Of a stretch of 64,000 nt of DNA, positions 42,901-64,000 are shown one piece after another. Location: positions 6,897,779 through 6,961,778 of the forward strand of contig MU058198.1 of the NCBI GenBank assembly GCA_013265495.1, given 5' to 3'. The notes beneath the pieces were generated by a model. That model saw only the letters and a list, made by a program, of their open reading frames with translations, did not search any database and was not told the DNA's origin. Within the stretch, counting starts at the first letter, position 1, and each line of letters opens with the position of its first letter. The translations under genes were made by a program, and so were the position numbers. Origin of the DNA: Vicugna vicugna (Eukaryota).

Positions 42901-43939
42901 AAACCATCAACGAATTCTCATTGGTCAATTCTGAATTAGGTTTCCCCTCTGCAACTCCCCTTCCACCAAGCAGGCCCCTCCGCCAGGAAGCATATGATAG
43001 GGCACATGGGTCAAGAAGTGGACCAATGGGAAGATGGCATATTCCAAACCGTCAGCCAATCCACCAATGGGAGGGTGATGTTCCCACCCACTCTAACTGC
43101 CTCCGCAAAGCTGCATCGGCTTCGTGCCCTTGCAGTTTGACACCTTTCTTATACACTAAGAAGATCCCCTTAAAACTGCTTAAGGGATGCAGGATGGCAA
43201 CCCCTGACCCCTCCAAGTCCCTCCTGGCCCTTCCCCACCTTTCTCCTCCCTGGAGTGGACAGGAGGGGAGGCTTTTCCAGACAAAAATAGCATATATGTA
43301 AATATTTATGTTTCCATCGGTTCTCCTATTGTTTGTTTTCTTTTTTTAGTGGGATAATGCTTTGATTTTTCTTTTTAAAGAAACATTATTTTTAAAACTT
43401 CAATTATCTTTACAATTTGAACACCTGCCCCCTCCCCCCTTTTCTGAGTTCTGGGTGCTGATGAGAATCACCAGCCTCCCTGCGTAGCCTCCACCTTGCC
43501 CCTCAGAGGTGAGGACCTAGGGGAGGGGAGATGTGACCGGAAGAGCTTGGGGTGGGGGGGACAGAGGATGGGATAAGGTGAGTTAAGAGCAGACACATAA
43601 TTACAGTTGAAAGAGAAGGAGTTTTAAGGTGTGAGATGGACTGGGAGGTGTAGACCAGCTTCAGGGATTACAGGGAAAATGAATAAAATTGTTGGGATTG
43701 GATTGATAACGAAAAATTAGGGTGTCTAATTGCCCTGGATGAGGGCTATTTAAAGTGCAGTAAGGATCCCTAAAAGATTGGGAAAGAGCTACACCTGGTG
43801 GCTTTTTTGACGGTTACAGATAGATGGATCCCATAAGCCACTGAGTTATTGGGGTGAAGAGGGGGCTCTGAGTCTGAGGGGCACTGTGCTGAGGTGTTCT
43901 CACAGCCATCTTTTCTCACCTTCTCTACCGCAGACAGGC

Positions 43940-44064
43940 ATGACCCTGCTCTTTGTGCTGGGCTGCATCTTCTTCCCGTTGAGCTTTGCTCTCCTTTGCT
44001 GGAGTCTGCAGAACCACTCCAACCTGAGGATGGAGAGACCAGAGGCTGTTTTGGTGGCATCTAA
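43940..44064 (+). CDS. TLCD3B: TLCD3B alternative coding first exon (distal promoter)
   Basis: ATG at 43940, MTLLFVLGCIFFPLSFALLCWSLQNHSNLRMERPEAVLVAS(K), donor AA|GTAAGA. 125 nt, phase 2, so it joins in frame to the exon at 48018. Confidence 0.8.
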
Positions 44065-45206
44065 GTAAGAGGAGAGGGTGAGGGCATCCTTCCTGGGGCC
44101 AGGGCTGGAGGAGCTGATCTCCTACTTTCAGGAAGAGTTAGTGGTGAGAGCAGAAGCAGATTATGTGTGTGTGTGGAGGGGGTGCAGTATAGAATCAAAA
44201 GACACTGGCCATGGGATCTTTTGCTAGTCATTTACCTCTCTGAACTTCAGAGCCACCATTTGTAAATGGGTTTAAGAAGAATACCCACCTTCCATGCTTC
44301 ATGCAGATGTTGTTTCAGGGTCAGGTGAATTCACGTCTATAAAGTAGGGGTTGCAAACTCCTGCAAGTAATCTTAGGAGAGTAGGCTCTGCGGGGACTGC
44401 ATGATCTGGACTCACATTCATCCCATTGAATGGGGGCAGTGGCTTTTCAGCTCCAGCCAAGCATCATGGAGTTCGAGTGTGAGCCCAATGTTGTCTGATC
44501 TTCTGACTTTTCCTTAAAAGAAGCTGAGCTTTTATGTGAAATCTCCTACTTTTCAAACACTGACACATAACTTAGAATTTAAGAAAATACTATACTGGCA
44601 ACACCATACCGGCCAAACAAAACATGTTTATGGGCTGGACTGGGCCTTGTGCTGCAAATTTATGATCTGCTTCACAAAGATTAATAATATACCTGTGAGC
44701 TATCACCAAACCTTAGGGAGGAGAGGGAGCCTGCAGCAGGCAGAACTTACTCGAGTTTCTGGAAGACAAAAAAACATTGCTGGCTTTAATCCCCACTAAA
44801 CAACATGAAGCCATAACTCCTTGACCATGTCTGTGGTCCTCAGCCCAGTAGTCATGGTAGCCTGCTGTCGCTCATCCTCCCCCAAACTCAGCACCACCCT
44901 GTAACTATGCTCATCTTTGGCTTTCAAGCTATGCAAACATGGGTTTGAAAACCAGCTTTGCCAATTCTCATAGCTTTGTTATCTTGAGCAAGATTTTTTG
45001 TCTTCTTTTTTTTAATCCCTAAGACTCAGTTTTTTGTCTATAAAAGATACTACCATCTGGGAAGATTAAATAATAATGAATATAAACTACCTCTTCCTGT
45101 GCCCAGTACATAGTAAACATTCAGGAAGTATGTCCACTCTTGTCCCTAAAATTGTCCCTGACTTCTGCCTAAGGCCTGAGACCTCTTCTGGGCTGTTCCT
45201 GAAGCC

Positions 45207-45225
45207 TGCCACTAGAGGGCAGCAC
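45207..45225 (+). promoter_or_regulatory. CTCF motif
   Basis: GCCACTAGAGGGCAGCAC closely matches the CTCF core consensus. Confidence 0.7.
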
Positions 45226-47008
45226 AAAAATGCAAATCCCAGTCCTTTGATTGCAGAGATGATGGGTGGCCTGGGCTTTGGACAGGCAAAGGTAAATTGT
45301 AGGGTTGCTATGGAGGACAGGCTTGGAAACCAAACAACAGTTTGGGTAGCAGGGTCCCACATCATGCAGAAGTCTACAGGATAGTTGGGTTCAGGACGAG
45401 AAGGTCAATCTCCAGGGAGGCAGCATGGAAGGGTGAGAAGCCGCTCAGAAGCCAGTGTGGTCCTGGCTGGGTCTCTGACCTGCAGGGTGATCCTGGCCAA
45501 GCCACTGGGGCTCAGTATTCTGGCAGCTGAATGAGGGGCTTGAATCAGCCAGTCCCCAGGGTCCTTTTCCACTTAGAAACTGGGCTGTTCTGTGAAGTTG
45601 TAGAGGAAACGGAGCCTGGAGCATAATAAGCCTGAAGAGAAAGAGAGTGACCGGTGCTTAGGGGAGGCCAGGAGAGGCCAGGCAGCCAGAAGGACACGGG
45701 CAGGGGCATCTTTGGGCTCGAGGTGGGTTTTCAGTGAAGCAGTGCTTCCCTACCCTCTTCAAACTGCTCTGCTGCCTAGGGTGAGGGGATTCCTGCCTCT
45801 TCTTAACTATGTGACCTTGGGGAGGGTCACCAAAAATCTCAGGACAATTTCTGGACCTGTAAAAAGAGGAAAATGGTGTTACAATAGTTAGAGGAGATCA
45901 TGCGACCGTCTTGCAGTGGAGTCAGAAGCTAGAGGCACCTCCTGAACACCAGAGTTTCCCTCCCTCTCACTGGGGGTGAAGGATGTGGGGCTCTCTGGGT
46001 CTGGAGGACACTGTGTTGAGGTGTTTTTAGTCCCATCCATTCCTTACTCTCATCCTTCAGAGACAGCAAGATACATCACCTTCTCCTGCTCCTTCCTCCA
46101 GGGAATCCTCTCTCTCTCGCTGCTGGAGTGGGTGCCTTAAGCTGGGACCCCAGCAGGCTGCTGAGGGACACGTGTTGGGAGGCTTTGGCTGAGGAGGAAA
46201 TGGCAGGCATTTGCAAAGTGCTGGTGGGAAACAGGGTCAGGCCCGGCTGAAGGCTCAGGGTCCCTGCCCAGCTGGCCAAGGAGCCCCAGGCCACCTCCCT
46301 CCCCAAGAGGAGAGCCAACCCTCCCCTGGCCCTTGTCCTCAGCAGCCCCCTGTGCCGCAGCTGCTGTCTCTTTAAGGGCCTCCCCCTCCCTCTTTCTCTG
46401 CTCCCCCCCATCTCTCTGTCGCAGCCGCTGCTGTGGCTCAGAGCTGCATGGGGAGACGCTGCTGCAGGTCCGGTTTCTTGGTGTCTGGTCGGTGCCATCA
46501 TTTCCCCACCCTTTCCCCCGCCCTCCCCAGGCTGCTGGTTTCCCCTCCCCCTCCCCCTCCCCACCGAGGGGGCAGGGGGCTGGGCATGAACTCTCTATAA
46601 TGTCCCGTGTAGCCTCCCAGCCGGGCAACGGGGACTGTGACGGCAGCGAGAGGCGGGAGAGCAGTGCTGACCGCTGACCACTCCTGTACCCTCTCCCTCT
46701 GTCCTCTCACCAAGTCCTCCCCTCATCTTTCTCCCAACCCTCTGGCTGGCTTTCTCCTGCTCCCTTTCTCAGATCCTCCCTCTCCCCAGTCTCTCCCCAT
46801 TTCCACAGTCTCAGCTCACTCCCTTTCTCTCATCCTCTGCCCGGACTCCCCCGCCTCATCCCATCCTAGCCCTGTCCCCTTTGTGCCCCTTTCTCTTTCT
46901 CTCTCTCCTGCCCTGGCTTGGCGTCCGTTCTCCACCTCTAACTCCCTTCAGCTCGGCCTCCCTGTCCCTTCACGGCTGCTCCTCTCCCTGCCCGAGGCCT
47001 GAGCCATC

Positions 47009-52224
<5,216 letters not shown>

Positions 52225-53233
52225 GGGTGGGGCCAGGGGGCCCTCCTCACTCCTCCCCCACCCCACCACCGTGGGGCCAGGGCTCTGGGGCTGCCCGGTG
52301 GGGATGGGAGCCAGAGGCCTCTTACCCTGACAGCCCCAGGACTGACAGATGGACTCCAAAGGGGTGGGGACATATCCCCTCTGGGGCTGAGGGCAGGGAC
52401 CAAGTGAGATGGAAGGCAAGGAGAGGGGACCTCTTCTCACAGTGCCTGAGCTGAGGCAGGCCCCCTTCTGCATACCCCTCTCTCCATCACCACCCCCGGA
52501 CCTGGAAACGGAAAGGAAGAGGAAGAGGAAGAAGGGCACCCCTTCCCATCCGCTTAGGGCTTGAGGCTATGGGGAGCCTGAGGGGACCGGGACTCAAAGA
52601 ACTGTGGGGAGGCCCTGCTGCCAAGGCCATCCCAGCCCCTGTGCTGCAAACTCCTCTTAGCTCCCCTTCATCTGGGAAGGAGGGGCCACCCTTTCTAACT
52701 CTGTGGGCTCGCTTGGGGCTGGCTGTCCCCATCGCTCCTCTCCAGGGGAGGCCAGCCTGAGGAATCTTATTTATTTTATTTATTCACCCAAATTCAAACT
52801 TGTTTGTTGGGGCGGGGGGAGGGAATTGGCTGCTACCCCCCAGCCTTCCCAGTGCTGAGCAACCCCCGGGGCAGGTGGAGGGGGGCGCCGGTCCCTCCCC
52901 CATTAGGCTGCACATCTTGCCCTCGGGCCCTGGCATGTCCCTGGTGCTACAGACCTCTCAAGGCTTCCTCCAGTCTGGGGTCGGGGGACCCTGGGAGGTG
53001 CTTTACAGACCGCTAATAAAGATGATCTGCGTGAACGCCACCAAGGCCCTCTTAACTCAGTTCTTTGGGGCTGGGAAGGGAGGGGGCCCCTGGGGAAAGT
53101 ATGATGACCTATGACTCCCAGGTTGGTCACTGAGTAGTTGGGGAGAAAGAAGCAAGGACTTTTTTATTCATCAGTGGAAGAGGAGGGCAGGTGTGGGCAT
53201 TCAGAGCAGAGTCCAGGGAGCTTGTCCAACTTT

Positions 53234-54115
53234 CTAGGCCCCTTTCTGGAAGTTCCTGTAGGGTATGGAGAGCAGGGGTGGGAAGTCACACCACTTCCCT
53301 GAGACTTTGGGTCCTTCAGCCTCTCTTCAGGAAGGCTGAGGTGGGTGGGGCCAGGGATGGGGGTGGGGCAGGCCTCACATGTGTGTGCAGAACTGGAAAA
53401 GAAGGAAGAAGAAGGCCGCCACCAGAGCGCCCACCAGGATGTGATGGAAGAGCCTGGAGTCGGAATCTGCTAGACAGTGAGGGGGAGACAGGGACCTGGA
53501 CTCATCTCCAACCAAAAGGCCAAGGGCAGCTGTCCACCAGGCACTGTCAAGGAGGGAGGCCCCTTCTCAAACTGGTTCATACCTGAGTTAAAGATGACAG
53601 GTCTCTCTCCAATGAACTGGGCCAGGGCCAGGAGCCTGGCTTGGTCCGAGTCTGGGTAATCAAAGAAGTCAGGTCTGTCTAGGAAGAGTGGAGACTCTGC
53701 TCCTGGGGCCAAGGCCTTGGCACTCTCCGGGTTGGGTGCTGGGGACCAAGAGCAAAGTCTGAAAGAGCCAAGCAGACCCCTGCCCCCTACTCCCAGAGGC
53801 TGGGGCAGACCCAGGGCCCTGCCAGGCCACACAGTCTAGTGAAGCTGTGGAAGGGCCTGGTTTTGTTCCAGGAACTTCTTGAGGGTCAGCCTAGCCTTCC
53901 ACCAAAAGGCCCACACTAGGCAGGAAGGATAGGAGAGAAGTGCGGAAAGCAAAGAGAAAGGCCCGTGCTTGGCCTCCCAGCTTCTCAGGGGCATTGACAC
54001 TCCCCTACCCGAGCCTTCCTCCTCCCCACTATTCCCAGGCCAGCTTCCCACCTGATTCTACAGTCCCCAGCCCAACCAGCCACACCCACACCCAGGCCCA
54101 CTGCCACAGCCTCAT
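53234..54115 (-). CDS. C16orf92: Fertilization-influencing membrane protein FIMP (109 aa)
   Basis: Minus-strand exons 54115-54052, 53738-53583, 53466-53379 and 53255-53234 total 330 nt. Signal peptide MRLWQWAWVWVWLVGLG, core PLFLDRPDFFDYPDSDQARLLALAQFIGE, TM ILVGALVAAFFFLLF, end MNFQKGA*. Poly(A) signal at 53163-53168 (-). CRE-like TGATGTCA at 54151. Confidence 0.9.
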
Positions 54116-54807
54116 CACCCCTCCACTCTTGTGATGGGGTAAGGGCTCTGTGATGTCACAGCCTAGAGCCATTCTGATTGCACATTCTGGGGTGAGGGGA
54201 GAGAGGAAAGTGTTAGGCCTGGGACCCTTCCCTACAAACCCCTGCATCCGAAGGGAAGAGGCTGGGACCCACGGAGTCTTTGGGTTGATGCTGACGTTAG
54301 AACAATAACAGTGGAAGCCCCAGGACTTACTAATAGGGGCCTTGGTGGGGCAGTCTTGCTGAAAGCTGGGACTAAGGAAAGCTGCATTTGTATAGCAGGC
54401 ACAGTGGATTTCGGGGGGGAATGGGGGACAAGGTTAAACATCTCCAGTTACCCCTTGGATCAACCACAGTTAGAATTTATTGAGCACTTGTTCTATGCCA
54501 AGTATTTTACATGGACAGACTCATTTAACCGTCATAACACCGTACAAAGTAGGTGCTACTGCCCTCGTTTTACAGAAGAGGGAATCAAGGCATAGAGGGG
54601 CAAAGTGATGTGGGCAACATACACTTCCTAAGGGTGTGCATTTTCCTCCTTGAGGCTCTTCCTGCCTTGTGTCCTCAAATGCAGGAGCACAAGGGTGCCT
54701 GCTGCACCCCCTCATCCCCCCCGCACCCCGGGGCCAATCTCCCAAACTGGGCCTCAGTGCTCAGCTGACAACCCTGGGATTAGGAACCTAGAGGAATAAC
54801 AGGCTTT

Positions 54808-54825
54808 CCCACTAGGTGGCAGCAG
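54808..54825 (+). promoter_or_regulatory. CTCF motif
   Basis: CCACTAGGTGGCAGCA matches the core consensus. Confidence 0.7.
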
Positions 54826-55959
54826 TGTCCATGCCTGCCTGTTTCCCAGTTTTTACCCAATGAAGGCACAGCTGCCCAACTCCAGGCCCTCCCGCCTCTC
54901 CCCACAGGTTGCATCAGGTGCTACAGGAAAAGGTACTGCTGGGGGAATGCAGGCATGGAGGTTGTCAGAGGAACCCATCTCGGGACAGGTCTCTTGGTCA
55001 CGCACAGAGCCTGTGAACAGGCTCCTCTCTCTGGGTAGGCCATCTCATCTCTCCTTTCTGATTCCTGCTTTTCCCTTATTTGTCACTTCCCAGCAGCCAC
55101 TTTCACCTGAGCGTGCTCCCCTCAGCAGGCTAAGAATTAGCTCCTCTCTGATTGGAAGGTAGACCTGTTTGTCACACATGTGTCCCGCCCCACTCAAGCC
55201 CAAGGACACTTCAGGGTCTCCTTAGTTTTACTACACAGATGCTTGTGCAACAGCTTCTGACAGTCCCAGTTCCATGACATCCCATGTGTGACGTCCTCTG
55301 CCCTTTGGAAGGAGGCTCCTTCCTCCACTCAACCCCCACATCTCATCTTTCTTGCCCTCAGCGACTACTCACCCATTCTCATCACAGCAAGCCTGGGAGG
55401 AACTTGCCAGGGTCAGCTTCTACTTCCTAAACCAGGAAAAGGCACAGGGAGAAGAAAAAGGGGCAAAGAGGAGGCAGACTAATATCTATGGAGCCTCCTG
55501 CGAGACTGGCTCAGGCGGCCCTCCTTCCCCACACTTATCTCTTCTAAGAAAGAGGAAATGACTGACCCAAAGTCACAAGCAGGTGAGGGGTGGCAGGGAC
55601 TCAACCTGGTTCCTGGCTCTGGCCCGGGGCTCCCACCCCAAGCCTGTATGTAGCTGCCCTCGGGCTTAGCTGGGAGAAGGGGTCCAGGGTCTTTAGTCTA
55701 GCCTTTGGAGTGGATTTTGCAGTTTCCTCAACTGCCTCAAAATAATACAGCTGCCCTCTTTACCAGAAAAGGCCCTTTTGACACAAGCAGTGAATTATCC
55801 ATTCATTTATTCCTCCAACCATTAAATAAATGCACTGAGCTCCTGTTATGGGCTGGGTTCCATTTACGGCTTAGATAGAAATCACTAGGTCATGGTCTCT
55901 GCCCTTGGGGACTACAGGGAGAGAACTCAGGCAGCATATCATTAGAGTGTAGACAAACC

Positions 55960-57230
55960 ACCCCTAAGGGGCTGTCTACACTGCTGTCATCACTCCCTCA
56001 CCTGTAATGTATTCGTCAACCCCTTCAGACCTGGCTTTGTCCCCACCACTCCACTTAAGGCACTTTTTCCAGGTCCACAAATGACCCCATAACTTGCTAA
56101 ATCTAAACGCAACTTCTCTGTTGGTTCTGTCTCTTGGCAGAGTGCACACATCCCTGCCTCCAGGCATGGGGGCCACGCTCACTGATTTTCTCGACTCCTC
56201 CTCCTCTAAGTAGCTCAGCTTGGACCTTCTCTTTTCTATCTATACCCTCTCTCCCAAGGTGATCTCATCCAGTCTCATGGCTTTAAATACCATCTATATG
56301 CTGGTGACTCACAAATGTATATTTCCAGCCCAGCCCTCTCCTCTGAGCTCTAGACTCTTTTACCCGACTTCCTGCTTCATGTCTCTGTATGTCTGAAAAC
56401 ATCTCGAACTCCATAGACCCTAAATGGAGCTCTGGATTCTCCTATCCCAAACCTTGCTCCTTCATTCCATCACAGCAAATGTCTCACTCTTCCTCTAGAT
56501 GCTCTGCTCAACACAAACACGTAGGAATCATCTCAGACCTCTCCCTATTTCTCTCCTGACAAACCCATAATCAAGACCTGCTGGCTCAATTCCTGACATA
56601 CATCTCAAATCCATCCACTTCCCTCTCCCTCTGCCCCCTCTTCCGAGCCAACCCCACGTCTCATCTGGCTTATTGCAACAGCCTGTGGACCAGTTGATAT
56701 CTCTCTGTTCACACTTTCTTCAGCGAGAACAAACCAGAACACACAGATCCACTGCTGAGAACCGTCCAGTGGCTTCCCATAGGTCCTGCGTTATTCTGAA
56801 CTTCTTACCCTGATCTGCAAGATTCTTGTCTACCTACCCAGCTCAGCTCTTCTCATGCTTCCCTTCCTCAGCACACCCTAGCCTTTGCACACACATCTAC
56901 CTATGACACTCTGGCCCCACACTTGACCTGGGAGGCCTGGACCAGAGCCAGGAACTAGGCTGAGTTCCTGCTGCCCCTCGCATGCCGTGATTTTGGGTAA
57001 GTCCTACTCATCTTCCAGGTCTCAGCTGAGACAACACTTCACCTGGGAAGTGAACCTGAGTTCTCTGACATCCCCTGTCACTGCATCAGTCTCACTACAT
57101 TGGAGTATTTTTCTATCTCCCCTAGAAGCCTGTGAAGCCAGAGATCATTGATCTTGGGTCATAGCTGGAGCACCACAATATATAGTAGGTATTCAATAAA
57201 TATTTATTGGCTTAATGGATGGATGAAAAA
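55960..57230. mobile_element. LINE-2 fossil
   Basis: L2-typical CATCCAGTCTCATGGCTTTAAATACCATCTATATGCTGGTGACTC and 3' end TAGTAGGTATTCAATAAATATTTATTG..ATGGATGGATG. Confidence 0.7.
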
Positions 57231-57539
57231 CCTTTCCACCTCTGGACAAACTAAGGCCCAGCCCTGTCTGTGTTTTCCCCTACCACTGGTTGGAACTCCA
57301 GCCTCATCCTCACCCTCCTTCAACAAAGCTTTGTGGAGGTACGCTGCTGAGCCTGAGCTAAGCCCCAGAAGAAAGCAGCGGAGGAAGCAGGACATGGGCT
57401 TCTTGCCTAGCTTGCCCCTCCTCCCACAGCAGGCCCAGGTCTGCCTGTCACCACTCCCACCCACTCTGGTCCTGGACAGCATCTCCCTTAGTACTGCCTC
57501 CTTTTTTATCCTGAAGAACCTCGAAGGAAACCTAATAGT

Positions 57540-58300
57540 TGCCTTTCCTTACAAAAGATATTATTTTAGTACATTTGTTTGAGTAGGTAACATATGCACA
57601 TGGTACAAAATAAATCTTTCCTATTCCAGCCCTACTCTGCCTCACAGTGGCCTCCTCAGAGGTCACCATAGTTACCACTTTCCTGAGTAGCCTTCCAGAA
57701 ATAATTTATGCACAAATAAACAAACATATTTAAGCTCTTTTTTTCCCCCACTCAAATGTTAGCATTCCATTCATGCTGCTCTGTACCTTACTTTTTTCAG
57801 TTAACATGAGATTGTAAAGATGATTCCATGCAAGTACATAAAGGGCCTCTTCCTTAGTCATGACTACATGTTATTTCATTGTGTGAAATTGTGTCATAAC
57901 TGATTAAACCTGTCATAGGTATTTAGGTTGTTTCCAATCTTTTGCCATTGCAGACACGATGCAGTTAATGACCTTGAACTTCTATTTTTTTGTTCATGGG
58001 ACAGCAAATCTATAGGATAAAATAAAAAATAAAATAAAAAAGTGGAATTTCTGAGTGGCTACTGTCAGACTGGCCTCCACCAAGGTGGTGCCCATTTACC
58101 CATAGCCTCACCAACATTTGCTTTGAATTTTACCATTTGATAGGTGACAAGTGGTATTTATTTCAGTGTGGTTTGATTTTGCATTTCCCTTACTTAAAAA
58201 AAATTGGGGTAAAAATCCACACATGAATATTTCTGTCTTAGTCATTTTCAAGCACACATTTCAGCAATGTTAAGTATATTCACATTGCTATGCAACCTAA
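57540..58300 (-). mobile_element. Old LINE-1 3' fragments
   Basis: AT-rich, with L1M-like motifs TTTAGGTTGTTTCCAATCTTTTGC and GTGGTTTGATTTTGCATTTCCCT. Confidence 0.55.
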
Positions 58301-59059
58301 AATCACAGTATTTAGTGATGCCAACCTAGTGCCAGGCCCAGCTTGGGGCAGCCTCTGCTCCTTGATAGCAGAGGAGACCACCAGGCCTGGGGGGGCTGTT
58401 TCAGTAAGTGTCTTAGGAAAAGGTGGCCCAGAATGACCCTGAAGAAAAGAAAGATCTTCCAGGCTGAGAAACTTACGTGAGCAAAAGCCTGGAGGTCTGA
58501 GAGATCTAGGTGTGTTCTAGGAACTACAAGTAATGTTCCTGAGAGCCAGCAAGATGAGTAAGGGTGAGGAGATCAGAGACGTCAGGGTCTTGGACTGAAG
58601 GGTCTTAAAGGCCACGGTGAGGACTTTGTCTTTGTGGGCTGGTAAGTTTGGGGCAAAGAAGAGCAAAGATCAAAGGCTGGAGTTAAGACTGACAGGCAGA
58701 CATCAGGGTTCAGATGAGAGACCGGCAGTCAGATAAGGAAGGGTGGTAGGGCTCTGGGGCTTTCAGAGCGATGCCACACGCCCTGCCTTCTAGAGATGGG
58801 AGAGTGAGGGAAGGTGGATTCCCAAAGGAGAATGCCATCCCGGAGAAGGGGACTCGGGCCCTCGGGAGCTGGGGTGGGTCACAAAGAGAGAAGCCTGAAC
58901 AGCCTAAAGAAGAAGGCGCGGGGGAGGCGGGGTAGGTCACAGCCTCGAACCCCAGACTGTGAGGTTCCCCAACTGGGATCTGGGACCCCGAGATCCCAAG
59001 CCAGCGACTGCAGGCAGATCAGACCCCCTTCCCTTGCCCGCTCTTGGGTCACTGCGGAT

Positions 59060-59880
59060 CTCTAAGCCCCGCCTCGCAGGCCCCACCCCTACGGATATTA
59101 GGAGGGGAGGGCCAGACACCCTCCCTCCTCCTAGGAGCGCCCTCTGAGGGGGAGGGGGTGAGGACGCATGGGGGGGGCAGGATTAGCCGACGTCGCCATG
59201 GCAACTAGGCTGGTGGTCTGCCCTGGAGAGCCGGGAGGGAAGCAAGGAGAAAGCAATGGAGGGAGGCACCGTGGGCTCGGTGCGGAGGCGAGGCCGGAGC
59301 CGGGGTCTCCAGGGAGGAGTTGGGGAACACCGGGCAGTTCTCAACTGTTGGTTCCCGGTGGCGCAGGGAGCCCGTGTGTTTGTGCGTGTGTGTATGCGAA
59401 GTTCTCCGGGGTGAGTGTGCCAGCGCGTGTCTGGGTTTGTGCATGAGTGTGAACGTGAGCACGTGGGCACTGGCGTGTGCGCGGGAGTGCCTGTGCAAGA
59501 TGCGTGTGCTAGCCCGCCCGTGTGTGTGTGTGTGCACTTGTGTGCGCTCCCAAGTGTGCCCGGGAGGGCGCCGGAGGGAGAGTCCTGCCCCCTCCCCAGC
59601 CTCCGGCCGTCCCTCCCCGCCCCCCGCCGCCTGCGCCGGCTGCATCCTCGCCTCCACCTCGCTCACCCCCTCCTCCCCGCACTTTCTCCAGCTCTCCCTC
59701 CCTCTCGGCTCAGACTGCCGGACTCCGCGCTCTTCTCGCCGGCCGCCCTGGGAATCGCCGGCCGCCACCGCCCAGCCCGCACCCGCTGTCCCCCCAGTGC
59801 TTGGGCACCTGTTGGAGGCGCAGAGGCAGGTGCAGGGGGCTGGGCTGCCAGGGGCGAGAGGGTGAGGGTGAGTGTGTGTT
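59060..59880 (+). promoter_or_regulatory. DOC2A: DOC2A CpG-island promoter(s) and alternative non-coding first exons
   Basis: CpG-rich. Near-perfect RFX X-box GTCGCCATGGCAAC (59192-59205). Donors GG|GTGAGT at ~59411 and ~59868. Confidence 0.7.
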
Positions 59881-60245
59881 AGCTTGTATGTGCCTCCGGG
59901 GGTGTTCAGCTCTCCGGAGGCTGCAATTTCTGGCTCCTCTGGAGAGCCAGTCTCAGCAGAAGGCATCTGAGCCAGGGGTCCTCACTTTGGGCTGCAGAGG
60001 GTGGGGGACCAGGCAGGCAGGCAGGCAGATCCTGGGTCTGAATGAAGAGACAGTGGGAAGTGAAAACCTCAGGGGTGACACACAGGCTGGACAAGTGCCT
60101 GATGCAGAAGGATAGACAGAGCCTCAGAGAGACAGAGGAGGGGGCCTATGGGGCTGCTTCAGGGGTAGGCAGGACCCAGGGGAGACAAAAGCCCAGAATG
60201 AGGGGCAGGAGCCGGGGAGATGACAAAGGGACAATCTAGAGGTAA

Positions 60246-63975
<3,730 letters not shown>

Positions 63976-64000
63976 GTGGACCGTGGCTGCCCAGTACAGG

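Noticed and set aside
59205..60115. Long overlapping ORFs (155-253 aa) upstream of DOC2A
   Set aside because: Low-complexity products of a GC-rich CpG island and TG repeats, open in several frames.

Overview
Mammalian genomic DNA, most likely a camelid given its tRNA-Ala-derived Vic-1-type SINEs. It is orthologous to human 16p11.2, read in reverse. Gene order: 3' end of GDPD3 (+), YPEL3 (+), TBX6 (+), PPP4C (-), ALDOA (-), an uncharacterised 138-aa single-TM Cys-rich ORF (-), TLCD3B/FAM57B (+, two alternative coding first exons), C16orf92/FIMP (-) and DOC2A (+). Exon structures were assembled by hand from GT/AG sites and give full-length frames. Main observations: (1) a four-exon Cys-rich membrane-protein ORF, mostly invisible in the ORF track, with no poly(A) signal before an ALDOA 5'UTR donor (putative bicistronic unit with ALDOA); (2) a frameshifted sperm-type ALDOA N-terminal exon; (3) a ~20-bp-periodic array of 5' splice-site motifs in YPEL3 intron 1; (4) a T-box palindrome plus TCF/LEF cluster in the TBX6 3'UTR; (5) a duplicated TLCD3B first exon with a photoreceptor-type promoter. 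Gene names and cross-species comparisons are from recalled sequences, not database searches.
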